From assembly GCA_030264375.1 (NCBI GenBank), contig JASCQW010000160.1:16744839-16808838 (forward strand): 64,000 bases of DNA, read 5' to 3'. Below, in pieces: positions 13,275 to 27,116 of this stretch. A program made the translations under genes and the position numbers. The notes below the pieces were generated by a model. That model worked only from the letters and a program-made list of their open reading frames with translations, searched no databases and had not been told where the DNA came from. This stretch comes from Carcharhinus longimanus. Its lineage: Eukaryota. Every line of letters begins with the position of its first letter. Position 1 is the first letter of the stretch.

Positions 13275-13790
13275 CATTGGCAAGTGGATTCTGATTGGTA
13301 GAAGAGTTGCCATGGCGAATGCACAAGTTGATGATGCCTGACAGACAACTGCCAAGCACGATTTGAAATTTAAACCAGGCAACTTGACTCTGATTGGTCA
13401 AGGCATCATCCTGAGGAATGAATCAGTGAATGGCTGCCACTCATTGGGTTTAGCTGAAACAAGTACATGTGTGCACATGTTCTGTTTGCAAAGAGGGCCT
13501 TGAGTATTGATATGTGGCCTGCATACCAAGCATCACACTGGCACAAAAATTAAAAACCATAGCTGTTTCACACTGCTCCTATGCAGTATCAACATGAGTA
13601 GTATTCTCCATGGCGATACTTCTACCAATCAGAATTCCCTTATCCAATCAGCATTCTCTTAGAGTATAAATCGTTTCTTCCCCTTCTACTAGCATTCTTG
13701 CAAAGTGGCCTGATAAGTGCAAGATGAAAAGCTTCAACATGTCTCTTTTTCCTGCAATACTCAAGCTCTGTACTACCAAACAACTATTTA
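13275..13790 (-). mobile_element. Penelope-like element relic (GIY-YIG C-terminus, inverted ends, decayed hammerhead)
   Basis: Minus strand around 13450-13525 gives a decayed ATYINTQGP.LCKQ.EHVHT-like PLE endonuclease tail. Inverted 35-bp match 13286-13320 / 13603-13638. cctgataagtgcaagatgaaaagctt at about 13709. Confidence 0.55.
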
Positions 13791-15279
13791 TAAAATATTA
13801 GTTCAATTAGTGGTCAAAATTTTAAAATGCTCAAATTCTATCTACAGAATCTGAAATACACAGTACTTGAAAACAAAAACCATTAATCTTCTGAAGTAAA
13901 ATATGAACATCTTTAACAGCTACAATTTTTCCATATGTAAACTTCAGATATCAAAAGATTTATGCAATATTTGGACACTGCTCCCAGCAGAAGTTACTAA
14001 TAACAGATGAGAAACAATGGATTTTAGTTTTATGAAACACAGATCTTTTAACTCTGGCTGTGTGCATTGGACTAAGCTTTATAGACATCACTGACTTTAA
14101 AAGGCCTCACTCTATTTTAAGCAAAGAGCCTAATAGTTTATCTTTCTCACCAGTGAAAGAAATGTTTTGTTGTCTGTGTGCACGCTGGAGCAAGAAACAT
14201 TGCAAATTACAGAAACCAGCACATGAAATGACTGCCACCAGAATCAGGTCATATATTTCAGACTTTCAAAGTACATTTAAGCTTTCATGCTTACAAAATC
14301 TTCCAGACAGAAGCATAGTTGCTGAAATTGAAATACAACAGACATCACTACATAAACATTGATTAAAACAGATATGGATTAACTTCCTATGGCTGAGATC
14401 TGATGAGGGGCATTTTGCCAAAAGTGCAGAATGGAAGCTGGGGCAGGGCCCATTCAGGGATTCAGGCAGGGATCAGGGCTTGAACACTGAAGATGGAAAA
14501 CTGGCATCCTCGGCCAACCCTGCTCAGTGTCCACTCGTACTTTTGGCCAATCCATAAGAGGCCTACTATTCATAGCTTCTCCCTGGCCCCAGGAACCTTG
14601 CTGGAAAGAGGTGAACCTCAGTACTTATACCAGCATTTACTCAACTTGAAGAATTTTAGAGCTGTGTTACAGGGAAACAATTATCTCCTTATTGTTCTCA
14701 GAATATATCTCAAATAGAATTAGCTAGACCTCAAAGTGCATCTATTTACAGCATCTGCATTGGACAGAGTTCCATTTACATGTATTAACTGCGTAATGTC
14801 TTTGTCAAAATGAGCATCCTTTTAATTACTGCAAGCAATGACATGTAACTTTCATCATCAAAGAAAAATGTGTCTTGGCAATTCCAAGCTGCAATTATCC
14901 TTGGGTTCTGACAGTGGCGTATTTATCATAGTTTATGAAGCCATTTCAACAGCAGTGATGCTATATCTGTTCAAATGTAATTCTTTTATGATGTTTTTGT
15001 TCATTTGTCACAGGGAACATCACAGCTGAGGCCAAGCTCATTGAACACTGGAAATAAGGTTTATAGAATATCATAAAGAATTACAACATTTAGAAGCAAC
15101 CAATGGCTTAAACGATTATATTTCCTAGTTTTCAAATACCTCCAATATTTTCTACCTGGGGGTCAGCATTTCTCACAGAAGTCTTAATCTGGAATGCTAG
15201 GAGTTGCTAGAGTCACTGCTGTTGATTCAAGAGACTTAATAAAGCCTCTGGCTGCAGCTACCACAATTTTTTTCCTATG

Positions 15280-15700
15280 CTGGACAACATATAATATATA
15301 TAGCACCTTTAACATGATGAAATGTCCCATGGCATTTCACAGAAGCAATATAAAACAATGAAACCGAGCCAAGAGAGATATTAGATTAGATGAAGAAAGT
15401 TTGCTCAAAGTAATAGGTTCTACGAAGTTTAAAAGTAGAAAAGCAAGGTAGAGAGATGGAGTATTATAAAACTTGGGGCCTACAGCAAAGAGATACACAA
15501 TTAGAAGAACAGGACGGAATGAATTTAGGGAAATGCAGAAAGTCAAGGCCTTGAAGGAATTTTTGAACACAGGTAAGAATTTAAAATTGAAGGCTTTGCT
15601 TTTCCAGGAGCCAATGCAGTCGGTGAACACAAGGATAATAGGAAAGGCAGATTGAGTGTAACACACTAACCATGAATGAGTTCAAATTTATGGAAGCTGA
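15280..15700 (-). mobile_element. L2 LINE 3' end (decayed)
   Basis: caaca...atatagcacctttaacatgatgaaatgtccc, an L2 tail in reverse orientation; similar to 60690-60890. Confidence 0.55.
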
Positions 15701-15704
15701 AGTT

Positions 15705-17700
15705 GAGACACTCAAGTAGAGCTAAGCAATTCGACAACCAATCAGAGCTAAACTCTGCAGTCCTCCCAGATGTGGCTGTGAATGGTGGTGGAAAATTAAA
15801 CAATTCACTGGAAGAGAAGGATCAACAAATATTCCCTCTTCAATGATGCAAGATCCCAGCATATCAATGAAAAAGATGAAGCTCAAGCATTCACAACAAT
15901 CTTAACCAGATACGCTGCGTCGATGATCCACTTCGGCCTCCTCCGGAGGTCCCCAGCATTACAGATGTCAATCTTCATCCACCTTGATTAATTCCATGTG
16001 ATATCAAGAAATAGCTGAAGGCGCTAGATGCTGCAAAAGCTATGGGCCCTAACAACATTCCAGCAATTGCACTGAAAAATTGTGCTGCATTGCTTGCTGC
16101 ACCCCTAGCCAAGCTGTTCCAGTACAGTTACAACTTTGGGATCTCCCCAGCAATGCTAAAAATTGCTAAGATATGTCCTCTACACAGGAAACAGGGCAAG
16201 TCCAACCCAGCCAATTACCACCCCATCAGTAATAGAAGGGGTCATCTACAGCACTTACTCAGCAATAACCTGCTCACTGATGCTCAGTTTGGGTTCTGCC
16301 ACGGTCACACAGCTCCTGACCTCATTACAGCCTTGGTTCAAACATAGACAAAGAAGCTGAACTCCAGATATGAGATGAGAGTGACTGTCCTTGACATCAA
16401 GGCAGCATTTGACCATGTATAGCATCAAGGAGTCTCAACAAAACTGCAATCAACTTGAATCAGGGATAAAACCTTCTGCTGGTTGGAGACATACTCTGCA
16501 CAAAGGAAGCTGGTTGTAGTGGCTGGAGGTCAATCATTTCAGTTCCAAGACATTACTGCAGGAGTTCCTGAGAATAGTGTCCAAAGCCCAACCATCTTCA
16601 GCTGCTTCATCAATGATCTTTCTTTCATCATGAGGTCAGAAGTAGGGATGCTTGCTGATGACGGTACAATATTAGGTATCATTTGCAACACCTCACATAA
16701 TGAAGCAGTTCATGTCCAAATGAAGCAATATCTAGGTTTGAGCTGACAAGTGGCATGTAACATTCGCACCACTTAAGTGCCAGGCAATGACTATCTCTAA
16801 CAAGAGAGGCTCTAATCATCGTTCCTTGGTGTTCAATAGTTTTACATCACTGAATCACCGCTATCAACATACTGAGGTTTACCACTGACCAGCAACTGAC
16901 CTGGACTATCCATACAAATACTTTGGCTACAAGAGCAAGCCAGTGGTTGAGAATCCTGCGACAAATATCTCACCTGCTGTCTTCTCAAAGCCAGTCCACC
17001 ATCTACAAGGCAAGTCAGGAATGTGATGGACTACTCTCTTTGTGCCTGGATGAGTGCAGCTCCAACAACACTCAAGATGCTTGACATCACCCAGGACAAA
17101 GCAGGCCACTTAATTGGTCCCCTTCCACAGTCACTGCCTCCACCACCAACGCATAGAAGCAGCATTGTGTACTATTCAAAGGATAGGAACTCACCAAAGC
17201 TCCTCAAGGTGGTACCTTCCTGGCTCTCAACTACCAGGAAGGACAAGAGCAGCAGATGCCTGACAATGGTGACACAGTGGTTAGCACTGCTGCTTCACAG
17301 CTCCAGGGTTCTCGTTTTGATTCCGGGTTGGGTCACCATCTGTGTGGTGTTTGCACGTTTTTCCCCATGTATGCGTGCTCTAGTTTCCTCCCATGGTCTG
17401 AAAGTCATGCTGGTCAGGTGCACTGGCCATGTTAAATTCTCCCTCAATGTACCCAATAGGTACCAGTGTGGCGACTAGGGTATTTTCACAGGAACTTTAT
17501 TGCAGTGTTAATGTAAGCCAATTGTGACAATAGTAAATAAACTTTAAACACCACCACCTGAAGGCTCTTCTCCAAATCACTAAACTCAGGGTCTGCAGCA
17601 GTTCAAGGAGGCAGCTCACCACCACCTTCTCAAGGGCAATGTGGAACGGCCAATAAATGTTGGCCTTGCCAGTGACACCCACACCCCATGAATTTTTTTT
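15705..17700 (+). mobile_element. Decayed non-LTR retrotransposon (CR1/L2 group) ORF2 RT and 3' UTR
   Basis: PLAKLFQYSYN, KSNPANYHPIS, LLTDAQFGF, LDIKAAFD, GVPENSVQSPTIFSCFINDL and LADD motifs with stops and frameshifts. 3' tail caagggcaat...aataaatgttggcc...catgaat. Confidence 0.9.
17266..17545 (+). mobile_element. V-SINE inserted in the LINE 3' UTR
   Basis: gtgacacagtggttagcactgctgcttcacagctccaggg head with the same core and tail. Confidence 0.85.
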
Positions 17701-18149
17701 AAAATTCCCTATCCACCATGACTGGACCTCCTAATAATTTTGAGCACTTCTATCATATCACCTCTTAACCTTTTCAACTCTAAGGAGAACAGTCTTCTCC
17801 AATCTATCCAAATAACTGAAGTCCTTCATTCCTGGGATCACTTTCATGAATATTTTTGCACCTTCTCTAAAGCACAACCCACATAATTGGACATATTGGC
17901 CTGAATTTTCATCCTCAAAACAGGGAACAGGAGTTGGGAAAATTTGTGGCTCAGCCCACTCATCATGAGACAAAATGCCCGCAAAAACAGAATTTCATTG
18001 ATGGCAGGCAGGTGCAGGCTGGAGTTGGGCCAGCCAACCAGGAAAAAGTTTGGAGACAGCCACAGGGGCTGATGGGTTCAAAGACAACTTGGTGAAGGCC
18101 CACTTGATGTGGTGGGACTTCATCTTGGATAACATAAAAACACAAAGAG

Positions 18150-18550
18150 CCCTACTTAGCTAAACGACGGAGCGACATTGGAGGTGAATAGCGTGGTCAG
18201 CCATGTGAAAGGCAAATGAGGAGGAATACTACACACAGACACAACAGTATAGGTTGTCATGCTACTTTATTCAGTGCTGTGTCTCGGGTGGAAAGCTGTT
18301 TGGAAAATTCAAATGAAGATGGGCACAAATTTGGGAGGCAGCAACCCATTCATGAGCTTTAAAGAGGAAAGGGCGATAGTAGATGGCAGAGGAAATTCAC
18401 AAGTGCTGCAGGGTCAAGAGTGGGTGATGATGGTAGATTTGGAAAAAAAGGGAGAAACTACTAGAGGTGAAGAAACAGTTAATATCAGTTGGCAAGGGAG
18501 ACCAGAAGAGAAGTTGCATTTGAGCAATTTAATGGAATACAAGGATTAGT
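18150..18550 (-). mobile_element. Decayed L2-like fragment
   Basis: Purine-rich reverse-strand L2 ORF2-like text (gaggaaagggcgatagtagatggc, gggtgatgatggtagatttggaaaa). Confidence 0.4.
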
Positions 18551-18578
18551 TTTAAGTTTGATTCTAAATTAAGACTTC

Positions 18579-18761
18579 ATGCACTTACGCAAGGATATTT
18601 TGGCCTTGGAGGGAGTGCAGAGGAGGTTTACTAGGCTGATGTCAGAGTTGAGGGGGTTGAGCTATGAGGAGAGGCTCAATAAATTAGGCTTGTACTCGTT
18701 AGAGTTTAGAAGAATGAGGGGAGATCTCATTGAGACATATAAGGTGATGAATGGGATGGAT
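18579..18761 (+). mobile_element. CR1 LINE ORF2 C-terminus
   Basis: KDILALEGVQRRFTRLM..LRGLSYEERLNKLGLYSLEFRRMRGDLIETYK. Confidence 0.9.
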
Positions 18762-18861
18762 NNNNNNNNNNNNNNNNNNNNNNNNNNNNNNNNNNNNNNN
18801 NNNNNNNNNNNNNNNNNNNNNNNNNNNNNNNNNNNNNNNNNNNNNNNNNNNNNNNNNNNNN

Positions 18862-19132
18862 CCTTCGTCAATGTGTTTAGTCACATTTTCAAAGAACTCA
18901 ACCAGGCTCGTAAGGCACGATCTGCCTTTGACAAAGCCGTGCTGACTACTTTTGAGCATACTAAACTTCTCTAAATGTTCATAAATCCTGCCCTCAGGAT
19001 CTTCTCTATCAGCTTACCAACCACTGAGGTTAGACTCACTGGTCGGTAATTTCCTGGGCTATCCCTATTCCCTTTCTTGAATATGGAACCATTTCCTGGG
19101 TATCCCTCTTCCCTTTCTTGAATATAGGAACC
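18862..19132 (-). mobile_element. CR1 LINE RT fragment (5'-truncated)
   Basis: Minus strand SQHGFVKGRSCLTSLVEFFENVTKHIDE and GNYRPVSLTSVV. Confidence 0.9.
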
Positions 19133-20030
19133 AAAACATAAACATTAACTGAATATATAAAAACTCTCTTGCCGGAGAATGGGAGCAAATCAGATACTGA
19201 AATCAACAATGCATGTTGAAACTACCTTTTTGAAGCTGGCAAAAGAGGATCTGTCCAAGGTACAGGCAACACCACACCTCAACCACCATCATTGACCTTA
19301 GTTAACTAGTGTACAGTGCAGTTGTAGGTTTTACCCTTAAGAAAGGAATGGAAAACTAGCAAGGAATTAAACTGCTATTGGTGATATTAAGTGGTTTTCT
19401 GAACTTTGTCACATTCATATCTGATATTTTGGAAACCTGCAGATTAATTAGACATTAAAATGTGGATCATATGAGGAATATGTTGGACAGAATACAATTT
19501 TTTACAAAGTTGTGCAGCATAGTAAGAATCATTGAACCCTATCAATTTTCACTGAATTTTCAGCCTTGTGACTTTTGTGAAAAAGCTGTTGGCTGTAATA
19601 GGAGAATTTTAAAATTATAAGTTTAAACTTCTCACGAAAAAAGGATTTTGCATAATATTAAAGTTGGTGTGCTTAAGTAAAACTGAGGCATATTGGTGTT
19701 GATGATGCCAAGTACCAACGTTATTTGCATTTCACCTTTGCAAGAACAGCCTTTTAGGGTCAATTCGAAAATCCATTGTTTCCACTGAGGAACTGTGCTT
19801 GCAAGGATCATGTTAGAAAATTGCAAGTGCGCAACCTATAAATTTCCCATTTTATTTATGTAAAATATTTAGTCATGTGCCCAGATTTCACATGCACACA
19901 AGCCAGCTCCCTGCTGGAACCTTTGATCCTGGCATGTGGTTCTCTAGCTGAATGAACTAACACAGTGGATGTAAAATTGGAAATGCTTTACAATTGTATT
20001 TACAAATAATCAATAATTTTCTACATCTAG

Positions 20031-20122
20031 GTTATAAGCAGAATGGTACAAAATTGGGTGATGTATTGTTGCCAGCATGGGCTAAAGGGGACCCAAGAGA
20101 ATTCATCAGAGTTCATCGTCAG
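20031..20122 (+). CDS. WDFY3: WDFY3 (ALFY) BEACH-domain exon, probably part of a duplicated gene fragment
   Basis: ttttctacatctag|GT TAT AAG CAG ... CAT CGT CAG|gtaatg; 92 nt, phase 1 to phase 0. Encodes (G)YKQNGTKLGDVLLPAWAKGDPREFIRVHRQ, matching the WDFY3 BEACH segment. Confidence 0.88.
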
Positions 20123-20819
20123 GTAATGTATTAGTGGCAGTAATTTTTCTTTGATCTATTTTGTGTATTACATAGCATTGAGATTCTTGGGTTCAAAATA
20201 TTTACATGCATTTATCTTAAATTAATTTTAAATGTTTGAGTTTCAGAATGAAGGGTATTCACTATTCCATTCCAAACAACATTGATCAAATTGGTATATT
20301 TAGCTGAGTATTACAGTATCTAGAATATTTAAGTAGCGTGGTTGATAAGTTATTGTAGCACTGTCTTTACGTTTGCATGAAGCTGAGGATGCCTGCTACG
20401 TCTGGAAGTTGTACCTGTGCCCTGGAATGCTGGATAAAATCCCTTTATAGCGGTAGATTGTGGGAATCTGCTATTCTAATTCCAGTCTGGCAGCTCCATT
20501 AGTGTTTTAGCCGGTCCACTAAATGTGACTTCTCATCTAATGGAAAACTGACCCAACTTGCATTAAATACTTCTACTGACACCAGCAGTATTGACAGGCA
20601 GGGTTGTATAGGTTGGTGGTATTTTTGCTGGTTTTCACAATTCAAAGAATCAATGTGCATAATTGCACAAAACTGTATAATTTTTGTGCTTTGAATACAC
20701 TAGTTTTCTTCAGTATTAAGTAAAAGTCTTCAGTTGCTGCATATAAACAGTCAGATATTAGCATTTTGAATAAATGTTGATTTTTATTTGTCTGACCAGT
20801 TACATTTTAGTTATTTTAA

Positions 20820-21113
<294 letters not shown>

Positions 21114-21189
21114 TGAGATCTCCCAAAGTCATCTCCCTCCATGATATTTTCCAAGGTTACTCTAGAACCAACCAGTATTTCATACTTCC

Positions 21190-21620
21190 TCCCTTATGTG
21201 GTTTTGTGCCTGCACCACGTTAGCAACCTGAGATCAGTAACTCAACACGTGCTATCTGACGACACATAGTGCAGTCAGTTACAGGGGATCAATTGCATAA
21301 CCCACAACTCTGGCCCTCATTGATACTTTTTGTTAATTCCAGCCTGAACTATTCCAATGCTGTCCTGGCCAGCCTCCGTAAACTTGAGCTCATCTAAAAC
21401 TGTGCTATCAATATCCTAACCTGCATCACGTCAAAGTCCATCATTTGTGCTTTTTGCCCTACATTACGTTTTTGTCTCAACAGAATTTTGAATTACTCAT
21501 CCTTGTGTTCAAATCTTCCTTTAACCTTGCCCTCGCTATCTGTGTAATCTTCTTCAACCATCTGAGAATATTGCATTCTTCTATCGCTTGCGCGTGTCAC
21601 ATTCCCTTCACCACATCATA
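21190..21620 (+). mobile_element. Decayed L2 LINE ORF2 3' part
   Basis: ctcattgatactttttgttaattccagcctgaactattccaatgctgtcctggccagcctc resembles the L2 motif LIHAFVxSRLDYxNxLLAGL. Confidence 0.6.
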
Positions 21621-21939
21621 GAGGATTGAAGGCCTGGTCATCAAAAGAGCTGCTGGTGGCTTTGTGAGTGGGAGACATCCTAAAAACTGAGGGGCAGAGG
21701 TCCCTCTTTCAGCCTTTCAACACTTCAAAATGGCTACAGGCAGTCAGTATTGACAGCATCTTTAGGACTGAAGGAAGATGGCAAAAACAGCAAGTGAGAA
21801 GCAGGGCTAACCAATCCCACAACCGAAGGATCAACTTGAAGCTCTGCAGTCCTTCCACGGCGAGGAGGGAGGCCTCTAAAGCTTGTGAGTGTTGTCGGGT
21901 AAATCGGTTGGACTAGAACCTGGTGTTGTCAGACTTTGA

Positions 21940-22037
21940 ACTGAGACACGACAGATCAGCCATGATCTTATTGAATGGCAGGGCAGGCTCAAAGGGCTGG
22001 ATGGCCTACTCCTGCTCCTATTTCTTATGTTCTTATG
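21940..22037 (+). mobile_element. Short CR1 3' tail
   Basis: agatcagccatgatcttattgaatggcagggcaggctc...ttcttatgttcttatg. Confidence 0.85.
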
Positions 22038-22139
22038 AAAGATATGTAGCTGCATTCAGATAAATAAGATTAATTGGGCAATAACTTGCTGAGTGGCAAT
22101 CAGCAGCGGATTGCCACTCTGTGATGGCCTGTGTTTAAA

Positions 22140-23400
22140 TTCTAAAGCGCCCATCTTGCTTGACCTTCCTAACTCAGGTCAAGTGAGCCTCAAGTAGCAT
22201 AGTAGATCCCTAAATCCCATGGCGAGTGTAAAAGGAGTGGGTTGAAGGGGACACATTCCCTTTTCACTGTACTAGCTACTGAAGAGTTAAAAAGTCTCAA
22301 CAAAAGAGAGAAACTAAATTTCTAAGGTAACTGGATGGGACATGGAGTGGGGGTTCAGATATTAGCAGGGCAGGGGTAGGTGGGCGTGCAGGTTTAGGAT
22401 ATCTTTTCAGTGTGGGGGGGGGGGGGGTGAGAAGAGACATGGTTAGGCTAGTGAGAGGTTGGGCCTGGTTGATTTGGTGGTGGTGATGGCAGTGGGAGAA
22501 GGGGGGGGTGGGAGGAGGAAATCTCATGTGGGGGGCTCAGTCTTGATTTTTAAAGTAGTTACATATGTTTCCTTCCAACTCTTTCAGAATAAGCATGAAG
22601 GTAAAACTGACAATACCATCAAAGTTTGCAATTTAAATCTCTTTGTCGGATGGTTCCTAGCAAAGCACAATACTCCAGGTAAAGTTAGCTCTTCTGGACC
22701 ATTGCCGGATGAACCGATACCTGGGAAAATCTTAAGTGATGCTGCTTCTCTCTCCCAAACACTCAGCTTCTGTTTTGTGGTATTCTATGATAATGTTTCC
22801 CTTTTTATTTATTATTATAATTTTACAGAAGAGGGGAAATGACCTGTATTCCATTTTCTACTGTGGAAAAACTTTCAAACAATTGCCAAAGGATTTATAT
22901 TTTTAAAAGTTGCAATAAAATCTTTTTTTTACATTGAATGATGATTTGTGCTGGTTGTGGATAATAACTATTTTAATGCACATGTAGGATTATGGGAATG
23001 ATCTTGCTGGCTCTTCACGCCAGTTGACCTGCGTGGTGAGCCAAAAGATTGGGCAAGAGGTAAAAAACCAGGTTCACGCAAGATTTCTCACCTCTCTTGG
23101 GCAGTGCCAAGGGATCCAAGCCTAAGGGGAGAGGTGCAGCCAGGAAGGGGGGAAAATGACAGATCTCCCACAGTGTAGTGGAAAATCGGGGCACCTGCAC
23201 AGTCTTTAGCCAGCTTCTTGGCATGAATAGGTTCCACCCACTCCCTCTCTTTTTTTAAGTGCCGTACGATTGCGTCTAGGAGCTCGCTTAAAAAGTGGGC
23301 ATGATTCTCTCCCATTTGGCGCTTGGAATTTTTTTGGTAAGATCTCGTCCATTGACCTTTCATACCTAGGCCAATAATTTCCATGCAAGAAATCTTCTTA
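22140..23400. mobile_element. GC-rich non-autonomous DNA-transposon-like relics (two blocks, about 22140-22760 and 22995-23400)
   Basis: GC/CpG-rich islands in AT-rich intron, with gggcatgattctc-type terminal motifs seen elsewhere in the window. Confidence 0.35.
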
Positions 23401-23429
23401 TTTTACAGTTTTGAAACCTTTTTATCATT

Positions 23430-23715
23430 TTGGGTATCACTGGCGAGGTTAGTATATATTGTCCTTCCAAATTGCCTTTGAGAAGGCAGTGATGAGCTGC
23501 GTTCTTGAACCGCTGCAATCGCTGAGGTGTAGGTACAGCCATTGTGCTTTAAGGGAGGGAACCACAGGAATTTGACTCAGCAAAAGTGAAGGAACAGCAA
23601 TATATTTCCAAGTCAGGATGGTGAATGACTTGCAGGAGAGCCTCCAGGTGATGGTTCCAGGTATCTGCTGCCCTTGTTCTTTTAGATGGTCCTGGTCTGG
23701 GTCTAGAAGGTGCTA
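23430..23715 (-). mobile_element. CR1/L2-group LINE 3' UTR
   Basis: Reverse complement of the 17590-17690 type tail (aattgcctttgagaaggcagtgatgagctgc...). Confidence 0.75.
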
Positions 23716-25259
23716 TAATCTGGACTACACATTAATTAAAACCTTTTTGCCTTTTTTCACCTCAGTATCATGATTTTTTTTAAAACAGCTATTCAAGCAA
23801 GTGATAGTAGCAGGTTTGTATCTTGATCAATTTGAATGTATTTTGGAGCCCTCACATGAAGAAACAGAACAAGACTCTGAACTTAAATCATGGTGGGAAA
23901 CCCGTGGCCCATTTGGGTTCTGAATGTGCCCACGAGACATTTTGTTGATTGTTGCTTACATGCACATTCTACTGATTTCCATCCACGTAGTTTTTTCCTA
24001 CCAGAATGACTGAAGTGATACCCATGTAAAGCAAGGATAAGCGAAGTGAGGTGCATGCCGATTGCACACAAGACAACTGTGAGAGCCGTGCGTTCTCTTT
24101 GGCTCCAAAGTGTAAATTTTTATTTTGTTTTTACCATTTGAAGATGATAGTTCCATTAATATATAAATGATAAAGAATTGTCTATAACTCATTATGAAAT
24201 ATTCAGCATGTATTAAATGTATTTAATCTTGTTCATGGGGTCATGGTTAGTGAACAAGACCAATTTCAACCTTGTAGCCCCCTAAGATGAAGGAGGGTCA
24301 CTGATACGGCCCAGGTTGTCCATCATTAATTAAAAAGGGTAGAATATAACAGATAGTTGATGACTTCTAAAATCTCTTAATTATTGAATTAATTATTTAA
24401 TGACGATTCAGTCCTCCAAATGCTTGGGTTCTGGTCATAATACAATGAGATGGTAGGTTGATGAGTACCTTCACGTAATAACCAAAACAGTTCATCTTCC
24501 ATAATACCCAGGTATCTCAGTTGACTAGATTAGAAAGTGTGCAAAAGAGCTAGATGTTAACAGGGAATTGTCACTAAGTAGTTGAGCAGTGGAGAGTCAT
24601 TCAAAGGCTGAACAATATTCTTCTCTCCCAAATGTTTGCCAATAAAAAGCTATCAGCAAATGACAGCTACTGGAACACTGCCATAATCATTATTTTAGTA
24701 ATATGTTTTTATTAGACATCCTAAAATATGGTACTAAAACAATAAGGTGATAATTTTTGCCAATTGTGCAAGTAAAAAAGTTCTTCATGGTTCAATTCTT
24801 CTGCAGGCCCACAGAATTTTGGTAATGTTCCCAACTCAATTAATTTCAATGCAGGGACTGAGAGCTATGCAAACTGCACAAGAAGCTTTTGAGAAGTCCC
24901 AGATTTATTTGTAGAAAGATTGAAAAGATGACTGAGGTAATAAAAATCAATATTTCACTTCAGTGTGATTCATACTGTTAATAAGATTCACATTTTCATT
25001 ATATTAATTGTAATGTAACAAGGATCAGTAATTCATTTCAGTGTAATTTATGGAGTGTAACAAGAATAAAACAATAGTAATTCACATTACCTTACAACAA
25101 CTTGTAATCATAAGTACAGACAATGGGAAAAACTGTAACTCATTTAAAACCAAATTCACACTTTACTTTTCGTAATCTTGAGATCACACAAAACTCTGCT
25201 GCCAGTGTCTTTATCAACAGGAATGTCTCCCCTGAGCTAACTGATGTAAAGTGGCTCCC

Positions 25260-25605
25260 AATTCAAGCAACATCTTGATTTTAAAATATTCATCCTTGTT
25301 TTCAAATCCTTCCATGGCCTTACCTCTCCCTCTGCACTTGTCTAATTTTGCCCTCTTTAATATCCACAATTTTAATAGTTCCATCATTGGTGGTGTGCCT
25401 CTTGGGTTCAAGTTCTCAAATTCCCTCCCTATATCTCCTTGCCTCAGTACCCCATTTGACTCCTTTTAGATACTTCTATTTGACCAAGTTTTTGGTCATC
25501 AGAACAAAAATATCCTTATCATAATTTGTTTCATAATGATGCTACAAAGAACTTTGAGTCATTTCAATACATTAGAAGTGCTACATAATTATAAGTTGTT
25601 ATTGT
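25260..25605 (+). mobile_element. L2 LINE 3' end
   Basis: ttttaaaatattcatccttgttttcaaatccttccatggcc ... gtgctacataattataagttgttattg tail. Confidence 0.65.
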
Positions 25606-27116
25606 TGACTTATGAATTACCGTTGGAAAAGTGTGAGAGGTTCCAATCTGCAAATGTGTATAATCAATAATGTGAAAGGAGTCAATTTAGGGTCCAAAAC
25701 TTTCAAATGCTCATGTAAAAATGCAATCTATAGGCTTAATTACTAATGGCATTGAATAAAGCTGTATTTTAGTCTGGACAACTTTTATGTTTAAAATTTC
25801 TGTAGCTCAGCATGGATTATTTGACTGGAAAGGCACAACAATGATCAACTTCTAAAATACTGGGAAATGCTCAAAATTAGATGCCGAATCAAAATCTGTA
25901 ACTTCAGAACCCCCATAAAGTAAATCCATGATAATTTCAATCAAAATCCAGCACAGTAGATATTGATCTTTCATGCTCTATTTTCTTCCTCTGCAATGAA
26001 AGTGACAAAATGCTGACGCAAAGTTATGGCATACATTTTTTCGAATTCTTTCTCAGGATATAGTATTTATTGGAAAGGCTGTATTTTTGCCTGCTCCTAT
26101 GAGTGATATACTGATCTAATATTTGGTCTATTTTTAATTATGTCACTCTTCCCTTCACATGGGCAACAGAATAAATAGTGATCACTTTAATTTACTATGA
26201 TTTAATAGTTTGAAAGCAAGTTTTCTATCAAATAAAAATGTGTGCACTTACAATTTTTTACAGAAATAGGAATGTGAAGTATCTCTCTGTGCTGCACTTG
26301 TCGTATTTATATGAAAATATTTTCACCAATAGTTGGTGTTCAACTATGTCATAAGTTTCTCCAACTGAAGTTTCCAGGCAATTGGTACTGAATTTTTGCC
26401 ACAATTCTCTCAATGATCAGCATAACCTCTGCAAAAAAACTAAAAAAAATTTAAGTACAAACTGACTCAGTGCAACATGGGTTTGTGTGATATCTTACGC
26501 AAAAACTTGAAGCAGCCTCCAAACAACAAAACTGATTTGTTGTGCCATCTGCAGGCCTTTGTGGAATTTCCAAAAAATAAGCTGGATCTTTTGGATACAA
26601 AAATTCTAACATTTGTGTTTTGAAAGCTTTTGAATGATTCTCCTTTTTCAATTTATTAAGGAACTGACTACTGTAACCTTATACAATCAATAAACAGTTT
26701 TGTATACCTTCTAAAAGTCAGTACCTGCAATTTAAAATCACATTTCACGCAGGTGATGGATTCACATCGTTTAACATTACTATTTATTGTGCTAAACCCA
26801 TTCTTAGTTGCATGAAGTCAAACTTTATTAAGTTATGTCTCTTAAATATATCAAAGAATACTTTCTAAAGCAATTTCAAAAGTCATATTTTTGAATTTAA
26901 GTAGAAATATGAAGGAAAAAATACCTTCCACACAGATGCTATTTTGGGCGCAATTTGGGCCAGATTGCTAATGTGTCCAAAGTGGAAACCCTATCACTCG
27001 TGTTGTGTACAAAAATTAATTTCCCCTTATGTCCCACTCAGGTGCTCTCTTCACATCAGGAGGCCACACTTGACTTTTATATTGATGAGACTGTTGGGCC
27101 AAGTGAAAAAAGTGAG

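Noticed and set aside
18579-19132. Apparent inverted CR1 structure across the 18762-18861 gap
   Set aside because: The two pieces are separated by Ns, so a real inversion cannot be told from two separate elements or a misjoin.
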